Part shown: positions 54,701-64,000 of the stretch, piece by piece
Position numbering within the stretch: the first letter of the stretch is position 1
Layout: each line of letters opens with the position of its first letter
Origin: Marsupella aquatica
Lineage: Eukaryota; Plantae; Marchantiophyta
DNA length: 64,000 nucleotides
Reading direction: 5' to 3'
Assembly (NCBI GenBank): GCA_973895155.1
Contig: OZ316893.1
Span: forward strand, 2,192,420-2,256,419
The notes under the pieces: generated by a model
What the model was told of the DNA's origin: nothing
Databases searched by the model: none
The model's input: the letters and a program-made list of their open reading frames with translations, nothing else
Translations under genes and position numbers: made by a program

Positions 54701-56222
54701 AAAGCTTGATGAGATTCAAAGAATTGGGGTATAGACTACAGACATTGTGAAAGACTGGAATTGCACCCACAAAAATGAAGAAAAGCCTGATGTGGGGATG
54801 AATAATGGCCAGAAGGTCAATTCCCCAATTGAACACTTAAGAGTGGGGCCTGGTGATCAGCTCAAGTAGTGAGGGGCAATTTGTAAGGTTGTAAGCTCTT
54901 AAAAGCTTATCAAATCTGTGTTGTGGCTGCCCATTGTGTGTGTAACTCCTCTTTGTCCCAAGGGACACGCCTATGCTATGAACCAAGAGTGTATGTGATA
55001 AGTAGGACCCTGACTGGATATTTGTTATCACATGGAAATTACTTGTCTGCGGAAGAAAAAAGAATATTATCAATTTCTGACAACACTAATAACTAATCTG
55101 CCATTGAAGGCATGATGGACGGATGCTCACTTCCCCTTGGGCTCATGTCCTCACATCCCATTAAGCCCCCTCTCCAGTACTTTTTTATACTTTTAAATTA
55201 GTTAGTAATTTTAATTACATTTGAATTGGTTAGTGAGAGGACAAGCATTGACTTCCTAGAGAATTATGACATTTCTTGTGTACATAAGATATTACAACAC
55301 ACTTGGTTTTGGTTTCTAAGAAGTGCCCCCCCAACCTTTGTCTAGGAGGATAATGTGAGATAAGGATGTTTATGAAAGAAGGTTAACTAACCGTAAATTT
55401 TAGAATTTTTAAGTTTAAGATCTCTAATGAGGCTGAAAAGGGACCTGAAGACTATTTTGAAGTGGTATGAGACTTTCAAGCCCATCTGAGGTCAACCCGG
55501 ATTGTTATTAGAGAAGGAGGATCGACCCGAAACTTTTTACTATAAGCCGTGATGAGATATAAAAGCTTACAACACGACTCTACTGAACAACAGCTGTCCA
55601 TTGCCAAAGTTTTTAAAACCATAAGTCAAACACAAGCACGACCACAGCAGAATCCGGATATAAGGAAGGAGAGTCGATCCGGCCTCTCTCACCTCTCAAA
55701 GCCAAACATAGTAGGTTTTGAGCTCTCGAGCGCATTAGGCTGTTTAAGCAGTAGATTGAGGAGGCTATACCCTTTTGGTAGAGGATCTTGGGTCCGGATT
55801 ATAGGACCAATCTTGCATTGCATGATGAGAGCCTGGATATGAAGGTACTGACTGATTTGTTGTGAGGGGAATGCCTACTCCACCACTGGGAGTGAAAGCA
55901 GGAATTTTGAAGATCCTGATCGTGGATACATCGGTTGTGAGAAGGGCGGCCAAGTCGATCCAGACATCCCCATTGCAGGCCCGATTAAGTCTAGCTTTTC
56001 CCCAAGTTCAATGCACCTGCATTGTGGTTGACGGAATCTTGATACACTTCTCCAGAAAAGCTTGTCAGTTGATCAGAAACGCTACGGCCAGGTCGACCCG
56101 GATATTTCTACCATTGGTCGACACCGAAGCGATTGATCATTCTGAAGTCGCAGAATTGTAGAGCTCGCCGTAGAGGAGGCAGACCATTTATTGGAAATCA
56201 ATTTGTTGCTTCCAGCAATCCT

Positions 56223-57822
56223 ATGGAGCAAGGGGCGGATCCAGCCAGAATGTCCACTTCTCGCGTTTCTAAGGGTCATTCAACCTCAACATCACCTGCA
56301 CCCACTCCGGTTAAAGCCCCTGTGAGACGATCAAAGAGAAAGGAGGTCCCCATTGCCATGAAAATTCTGAGGCCAACTATTCCGGACAATGAAGCTGAGA
56401 AGGTCAAATTGAGGGAGTCTTTGCTCAGGATGGGCTGTGAGTCTCTGATGGAGCTACCCTGGAGTTATTAGAGGGAAGATATGATCAGAGAGATCCGATC
56501 CAAGGAGTGTCCGGCTGAGTTTAAGGATACCTCCAGAGGCCGACCTGAGCGATGGACTCAGATGATGGTTGTAGGAGCTTTTGTATTAGAGGATGAAGGA
56601 GAAGGTCCAGTGGGGAGAGCTGTCAATCTAATCTTTCCTTACTTCAAAGGAGCCATCAACAGTAAGGACGGGTTCAATGTTTCTAAGTGTTTGGATCCTG
56701 ATCTGAAATGAGTCTTCAGCTTCCTGCTACCCCTGCTGTATCCTGAGAAGCCAAGAAGAGTTATTGTTGGAGTTGGCTCTACCATTGTTGCTGCTTACAA
56801 GGGAGAAAGAAAAGTCAACTGGGCTAAGCTTATCTTTGATCTGATAAGGAAGTTGGTACAGAACCTGTCCAACAAGGGTCCTACTCCTCTCTCCTGCTAC
56901 CTGGTACATTTATATAGCTTTGAAGGAGTCTTGTTTAGAGAGGAGAAGAAGTTACTATTGGCCAAGTTCAACTTCATAAAGTATGGAGAGGCAGATCCAG
57001 ATATCACCCAGGCCACCTCTGATGACAGTGAGGATGAGGAACCAGCAGAGACAAATCCTCGAAAGACCCGGTCTGCTGCCCGGAACCTCGACCCGGACTT
57101 TGCCGAGCCGGCCTTCATCGACTCGGCTGAATTTCCGGATGCACTCGGCCATGCCTCCCAAGACACCCTAGCTGGTTTCCAGATCATCTCAGACACATTC
57201 CAGAAGGTGAAGAGGAAGATCACTGTGATGGAGAAGGTCATCACTGACATTTCTCAAAAGTTAGGAGTGAAACCAGGGTAGATTCTTGAAAAGATCTCCA
57301 CCATGAGTGATGCCACAGATAAGAGGAGGTTGGAGAAGGAGAATGAGTTCCTCAAGAAGAAGGTATCTGAACTCAAACAACAGTTGGAAAGGAGTAAAAA
57401 GAAGAATGAGCTTGAGCATACTCTCCAACTCAGTATCACTCAAGAAGAAGGTATCTAAACTCAAACAACAGTTGGAAAGGAGTAAGAAGAAGAATGAGCT
57501 TGAGCATACTCTCCAACTCAGTATCACTCAATCTTTGGATCTGATTGAACCTTTGACTAAGATAGTTTCTCTGGATCTTCTTAAGGCCCAGATTTATGAT
57601 GAGTATTTGGCCAAGAACACCACACCCATCCTTTTCTCCAAGATTAACCATTTAGTGGTAGATGTGAGTGCCAAGGTGGATGATGCACTTGCAGGCCTCT
57701 CAAAGACCTGTGAAGCCTTAAGGGAGATGAGTGACTTGACTACAGAGGAGCTATTAGCTGATATTGAGATTCCTCCCTTTACTACCAGGTCTTTCTCTCC
57801 TAGTCCTCATGAAGGAGTCTAA
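56223..57822 (+). pseudogene. Decayed ~503-codon retroelement-associated ORF with coiled-coil C-terminus
   Basis: One continuous frame is broken by TAG 56469, TGA 56709, TAG 57279 and an 88-bp duplication. After removing the duplication, 1512 nt = 504 codons. Motifs GCESLMELPW, RGRPERWT, KDGF...C, LLYPEKP, KVNWAKLI and LSCYLVHLY recall repetitive hypothetical proteins of bryophyte genomes (from memory, unverified). Confidence 0.75.
57353..57528 (+). repeat. 88-bp tandem duplication causing a frameshift
   Basis: CAAGAAGAAGGTATCT...CAGTATCACT occurs at 57353-57440 and 57441-57528 with 2 mismatches and CTCAA microhomology at the junctions. Confidence 0.92.
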
Positions 57823-59045
57823 TTCCACTGGCCCCTCATCACCCCTCAACCCTCCTGGTTTCCCCACTCCCAGTACACACTTCCACTCCCATTCTTACAC
57901 TTATTCTCATGACCCAAGTGCTCACCAGGAGAACATGGATATTGACCCGTCCATCCCTTTTACCACTGGCCAGCAAGGAGTTTTCCTTCGACCAGAACCC
58001 CTTGCCATGGCTAACCCTGAGGAGGTTCCTTACCAAAAGCTAGGACCATAATAGAGTTATATTTAGAGAGTTGGAGCCACATTAGTTTAGACCTAGAAAT
58101 AGCTATATAGATTAGTATATGAGTAAGTAGACTCCAGTATTTTGTTTATGTAGTTATTGGAGACTCTACTCCATTTTTTACTAGGGTAGCTTACATTTGT
58201 TTACATATTCCTTTAGACTTGAGTTTTGATAAGGCATGTCTTTTCATAATTCCCTCTTTTAGTATAAAAGGAGGAGAACTCGAAGTCAAAGAGGGAGAGA
58301 AAATATACATTTGATTTCCTCATTGCCTTTGAAGGAATCTATGTCTTTTCTTCCCTTCTTTTTACTATGGTTGAGTAAAAGGAAGAAATTTAGCAACCCT
58401 TGAGTTGTTGTGAAGTGTTCAATGAATGCTAGAGTGTGCCTTAATGATATTGGAAGATCAATGAGGTTTGTGACCAATACATTTGGAAGATTCACCAAAG
58501 AGGAAATTGACATTTGCACAAAACTCAAACAAGCAATCTTAAGGATTGTAGGAGAAGTAAGCCAATTCGAGTATCCGAGTACCGTCCTTAACAAGACCAG
58601 AAAAGTGTCCCGGGTTGATTTACATTCATGTCTTCTAAATTCAATAGATGGAGAAGAGTTGCTACGAGAAAATCAAAAAGCATAGAAAATGTTGATTTCT
58701 GAATCTTAAATTAGGCCATAATCCTTATTGAAGGAGTGGTGATGGTCAGAAATTCAATTCCCTTGTATTTGAAACCTCCTATCTACTCTCCCTCTAGTTT
58801 CAATCTTTGTTAATTCTAGTCTTTATTATTGCACTGTGAATCCTAAGGATTACCCACTTGAGTTGTGGTTAAACGCTTGTGTTAAGAAGATCATTAGAAA
58901 TCTCTCCAACCTAGATAATGTTGGTGAAAACTTCTCAAATTATGTTAATTTGGTCTTTTTGATCTCATCCACTCCTAATCGGAACAAAATCGAGTTGTTA
59001 AGGAGTAAATAGTCATTTATCTCTTTATCACCTTGCTACAGATAA

Positions 59046-59459
59046 GACTACATGACTATGAGCACGATGAAATTAGTTTTCTGCCCAAAATGGGGTATAT
59101 TATTAGCTCCCATGTCCTTCCCTCACTCACCTGCAAGGAGAAATAGTACTTGGGTTGGTTAACTAGATTATCCTGTAAGTGATGAAGAACTCTATGAATA
59201 TCAAACTCTCACCAAGCTCCAGCATTGTACATTGTAGTCGGGTAGAAACTACTTCTTTTGCCATTTTTTGAAAACCTTGTGAATACCTTTGTCTTAGCCT
59301 AGGGGAATATGAGAAACGACACCCCTACATCTGCCTAGGAGTACATCTGCCTAGGAGTACACCACTATAGGGCTATAAAAACCACAAGCTTGATTTTCTG
59401 TCCAAAATGGGGTATATTTGTTACCATGTCCTTGAGAGATCCAATTGCAAGGAGAATAA
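59046..59459 (-). repeat. Right (inverted) arm of foldback-like host
   Basis: The reverse complement of 59210-59459 aligns with ~54297-54540 (ATTCTCCTTG..TTGGATCTCTCAAGGACATG...ATACCCCATTTTGGACAGAAA...GCTAAGACAAAG..ATTCACAAGGTTTT...GCTGGAGCT). The arm continues after 63963. Confidence 0.85.
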
Positions 59460-59953
59460 GAGTTGTGTTCCATCAGCCCTGAATCGCAATACCCTTAACG
59501 TCCAAGTAGTCAGGAGCCAATGAGAACTCTCTAATATTTCAGGGTGATCCTCAAGTTGACGTGCAGGGTGGAAGGCCAGTCTAGCCTTCCACCCTACTTT
59601 GAGTGCCCTGAAGATGACCGGGAACTGGCGATAGTGGGTTGCACCCAACGTGACGACTTGTTATCTCCGGTGGCAACAAATAGTTCGGACGGTGTGCATG
59701 GACATTGGCAAACATCGATGTCCCACTCAAGGCATGGCGGTAGCGCCTAGTTTTTCTACTTGCGCCCAATACAGACATTCCGCCATGGATTTTCAACGTA
59801 AATTTCCAGTATATTGCTTGCACTTCGATTGCAACCAAGCACCTTCATCCAAATCTTGCTACTATTCTGCTCAAGGCGTTCAACTTGCTTTTGCCTGGTT
59901 CTACTGTGATTTAGTGAATTATGGATACATAGTCGACAAACCACAGCACCACA

Positions 59954-60883
59954 ATGGCTGGAACTGAGGAGGCGCACAATGCACCTACAAATGTCAATGT
60001 TATCCGTCTTCCAGAGCAATTCTCCAGGAGGCAGTGGAAAATGCATGAGCTATGTCTGCTCATTGCTGCCAAGCGATTAGAGCACGAATTTTCTTTGAAC
60101 AACAGCTCCAAGGAAAGGATAAGAACTGCTGATCAGAAATGGAGAGATATCCAATCCGCCCTTGCTAGAGATGGGGTCTTACGAGTTTCTATGCAGATAA
60201 AGAAACGATGGGAGAAATTGGTTACAGATTTTAAAAAGGTTTATGATTATCAGAATCATGTCGGTAGCGGACAGCCAAGCTACTACGAGATGGCGAGTGA
60301 GGAAAGGAAGACCAGGAAGCTTCCCATGAATTTTGCTCATGAGCTATTCGAGAGTATGGAACCTTGGATGGGGACTCAGAGAGCCATTAATCCATCTCCA
60401 AATCAAGTGGTGGATACTGGAAATGTGCAGGAGGAGGCTCACAATGAGAGCGAGCAGACCCCTGAAGGACCAGCTAGCAAAATTTTGGGGAACGACATGG
60501 AGGTCGATTCTCCTCCACCTGTTCGAATGGAACCCTCCTCTACAGGAGCTGATGCAGCACAACGTCGAACACCACCTATAGGACTTGAGGACAAAGGCAT
60601 CAAGAAAAGTTGAAGAGACAGACTCGACGACCAATTCAAAAAGACAAGTGCTAACTTCTTGGAATTTCTGTGAAAAGACTCAGAGCGCAAAAGTAGACTA
60701 GAGGAAACAAATAGAAACTGGGAGAAGGACAAGCACGATAGTGTTATAACATTGGATTTAAAAAAGCATCAAGACATTTTAGACCAACAATCTAAGATGA
60801 CTGATGCGATGGCAAATACAATTGGTGGAATTTCTCACTCCATTCGGTTCTTTGCAACGGAGGTAGCACGTAGATTAGAGTAA
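59954..60883 (+). pseudogene. Harbinger ORF1, Myb/SANT (trihelix-like) DNA-binding protein
   Basis: RQWKMHELCLLI...KWRDIQSAL...QIKKRWEKLVTDFKKVYDY. The same frame continues past TGA at 60611 and 60671 (both likely from CGA) through a coiled-coil region to TAA at 60881. Confidence 0.85.
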
Positions 60884-61888
60884 TTTAATAGGTTTGTGTG
60901 CCAGCACAATGTTTTAAAACTGCTGGAATCGTGTTTTGGCTTTCCATGAATGATGTTCAAGTTTTTGATGAGTTATTTGTAATTTTTGTCCTTGACTTTT
61001 CTGTGTTGTCTTGCATTGCGGCTGCATTGCAATTTTTTCTAGCAATAAATGGCTCCTTGGAAACAGAGAAAGCATCAATGAAGCCCTAAGCAGTATGATA
61101 CTATCTCAATCAGTAAGCTTCCAGTGAGATTGGTTTTTGGAAGTCGGAAAAGGACTTTGGGCCATCCCAAATTCACCATGGACAAATCCCTAGAAATATT
61201 ATAATTTTCTAATGTGAGGGATTTTGAACTTTACACAGTTCCAAATTGGCTCAATTGTCAAGAGTCAGTCAGGTTCCTGACCTGTCCACAATCTTTTTCC
61301 TTCCGATTGTATTATTGATGAATATGATTGTTATTTGAGGGGAGCCACCAAAGTGAGGAGAAATGGGCCAAGACGCAACGGAAGCAGTCAAAGAGACATG
61401 GAAGAGCATTGGGATTGATGCACAACTAATTTGAATAGCCAGCAACCACATGGAAGGCATCAAGCTCATGGCATATAAAATACTTCTAGAAAGTGACGTG
61501 AACTAAAAGCACAGGTGACACTTTGCAGACCTTTTGGTAATAAAGGTGACTCTCATTCCTAAAAAATCTGGTAAAGAAAAACTTATCATCACAACAGCAA
61601 AGAGAGCGTAGGTGCAACTTGAACCTATGGAATGCCATGTGTGATGCCAGAATCCAAATAACCACTTTATAGAGTACTGTGATAGGCATGTGCTCATTGT
61701 AAAGGTGTCTTTGCAAAAGAAAGTTGCAAAATAAGCCAGCTGACATTGAATTGAATGTATAAAAAACCTCATGAAAGCGCTTTTTCAGGTAGTCTTTTGT
61801 GAATCAATCTCCCTTTCTTGCAAAAATAACTGGCGTACAAAAAGGATTTCTAGATTATGCTAGTTGAAGTGCAGGATTGGAGCTCAAT

Positions 61889-63610
61889 CTAGGGTACCCT
61901 TGCCCTTGCGCTCCTTCTCTGGTCTAGAATGTCAACCTCATTAAGCAGATTGTCCCGTGCTTCTGGCCCTCCTTCCATGTATTCTCGTTTGGGCACATGT
62001 ACTCCACTGTATCCACCAGGGTGAGCTTGTTGAACTAAGACGTCATTCGCAATGACCATACAACCATGACTCATTCCATGCACACATAGTCGAGACAATC
62101 TCTACGTGGTTCACCTCTTCTCTAAGGCTACGTCCACACGAACACTCAAGCTTTTACTTCAAGAGTAGACGAACACACATGCTCTCCCTCTTCCTCAAGT
62201 TGCTTCGTTACAATAAGTAAGCACCACACACCCCAGCGGCTTACACTAGCCCTGGTATATACAAGGTCACACACAACTAATCTAACCTTAACTAAGACCC
62301 TAACTGTGGTTGGTCTAAGTGCCGTAACCTTTGAGTCACAAGACTAAGAGCAATCCTTAATAGAGCTGTAATCCCCCGAATCAGCTCAGGGCTAATGTGC
62401 TCACCATGGTGAATAAGAAAGTTGTGGAGAATGCAACAAGCGTAAATCATAGACCCGATCCTATCTTTTCTTGGTTTCCAAAGAATTCGGCTAAGGATTC
62501 TCCAGGTACCTTTCAGTTGTCCAAATGCTCGTTCCACTGCCATTCGTGCTTGAGAATGTCGATGGTTCCATCTGTCGTGTTCATCAGATAAACCATTTGT
62601 GAAAGGGACAATCAACCATGGATACAAGGGATATCCTGCATCCCCAATAATGTACTCCCTCAACACGGAGGTGTCATCTTGACATAAATACTCCAAGCCA
62701 TGCAGCCTTGTACGTATATATTCAACATCTCTAAAGAAGGTAGAAACTCTAAGCAATCTGGTATCTTGTATGCTACCTGGCCAACCTGCTACAACATCCA
62801 AGAACCTGAGGTTAAGATCCACAATGGCCTGCATAGAAACCGACATTTTTTTCTTGAAATCAAAGTAATCCTGGCTATGCTCTGAGGCTGGCAGTTCAAC
62901 TGGGAAATGTGTGTTATCGACTGCCCCACAATAGTTGGGGAAACCCCATCGTGCAATGAACTCCAATTTCACTTTTTCAAGCTGTGTTGCACTCGGCCAT
63001 TGATCAGATGTCTCCCTTGCTTGATTATTGCTTGAATAAACTTCCAGGTGACCTTGACTATAGTTGCATGAGAAACTCCAAACAGCTCCCCGATCCCAAG
63101 ACATTGATCTCCTGTGGAAAGCCTTCTAGTTGCAATAGCCACCTGCCTCTCGACAGAGAGTTTTCTATTTGGCAGTGTACAGAATGCTGTCGGTGGATTT
63201 GTGACCATGTCCCCATGAACCATCTCACATATTGCATAAAACGTCCCGGGGCTAACACGGAAAAATTCCTTGAATCTATCAGGATCATCGTAAGGAACAA
63301 AGTCAATAAACAGATAAAACCACTGGATGGTTCTAGGTTCAATGTACCAGGGGCAATCAATCTCTCTTTTTCTCATGAAATAGCTTCTCAGAACTTGAAT
63401 GAAGGCCCACACTTGCGGCCAAATCTCATCATCATCACGACGTCTTTTCCTTGACTCGAAATTGAACACTCTATTCAGCTATGATGGATTTGTGAGCCTC
63501 CCAATATGAAGCCCAGGAAGAAGCGTAACAAGAATTGGCATAGACGTTGTTGCATAGCTCATCACCAATGCAGCCAGGGAATCTAGCAGAACCTCATCTT
63601 CAAATTCCAT
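61889..63610 (-). pseudogene. Harbinger DDE transposase (HARBI1/DDE_Tnp_4 family)
   Basis: Motifs FKEFFRVS, GAVDNTH, QAIVD, GWPGSIQD, GDAGYPL, VERAFGQLK and CCILHNF. Start ATG at 63610. Disablements are an in-frame TAG at ~63480, a 1-nt frameshift near 63000 and a ~331-bp insertion before the C-terminal EARDNL segment. Confidence 0.92.
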
Positions 63611-64000
63611 CTCAACAATAAAAATGGAGCTCACTGCAGCAAAAGAAATTGAAACCTCTCCGCAGAAGAAATAAAATCAATCAAGAGGGGAACAAGCACG
63701 GGCGCAAGACAACAGAGGTGGCATTTTAGACAGTGCAAGAGTCCTCTTTCAACACTCACAGGAGAGATTGATAGGAAAATAATGGACCGACAGTTAAGGT
63801 GACCGTCGTTCAAATTTGCCGGTACACCGTCAATGCTACTGCGTGGGAAAAGTTCTTAGGGGGCCCATGGAAAGAGATGTGATAGGGCCCCTCAAACGCT
63901 GTTTCAGGGCCGGGCCGAAGGAGGGTGAGGGTCGGTGTGAGGGCTGATGGAACAGTGTTCTAAGTGCTTTTTGCGTGGCTAACTAGATTATGACTATGCA

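Larger units (their letters stand above)
55354..59040 (+). mobile_element. 3.7-kb TGT...ACA element with 5-bp TSD, probable giant solo LTR
   Basis: GATAA|TGTGAGA at 55349-55360 and TTGCTACA|GATAA at 59033-59045. Removing it rejoins a host repeat unit (CCTTTGTCTAGGAG...TTAG.TTTCT..CCAAAATGGGG). TATAAAAG at 58263. No internal direct repeats and no gag/pol motifs were seen. Confidence 0.72.
59460..63960. mobile_element. Full-length PIF/Harbinger DNA transposon (pseudogenised)
   Basis: TAA TSD at 59457-59459 and 63961-63963. The 21-bp TIRs have a perfect 15-bp core TGTTCCATCAGCCCT (59466-59480; revcomp at 63940-63954). Convergent Myb/SANT and DDE transposase ORFs. Confidence 0.93.

Noticed and set aside
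59954-60613. Host trihelix transcription factor or domesticated Harbinger gene
   Set aside because: It is enclosed by TIRs and a TAA TSD, paired with a transposase, and carries premature stops.

Overview
Eukaryotic, non-seed land-plant nuclear DNA, most likely a liverwort (inferred from gene and TE content). CpG-rich genic islands (~17-29.6 kb, ~45.5-53 kb) alternate with CpG-poor, transposon-rich blocks. Three spliced genes can be reconstructed. (1) A non-canonical Aux/IAA (IAA33-type PB1 domain, no degron) with a ~600-aa low-complexity N-terminal extension (20246-22802, +). (2) A short gene encoding an apparently stand-alone four-helix-bundle domain of the PUB-N-terminal/MCAfunc/MLKL-N type (38432-40107 and beyond, +). 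(3) A three-exon small membrane protein of the '60S ribosomal protein L18a-like' family (50675-47988, -). Mobile DNA includes four 5'-truncated LINEs, each with a target-site duplication (TSD), a decayed copia RT, a MULE-type MITE and a full-length but pseudogenised PIF/Harbinger element (59460-63960). The most unusual object is a 3.7-kb TGT...ACA element with a 5-bp TSD and no internal direct repeats, apparently a giant solo LTR. It carries a decayed ~503-codon ORF upstream of its TATA box. It and the Harbinger element are both nested in a foldback-like host made of inverted modular repeat arrays. All coordinates were read by eye and no database searches were run.
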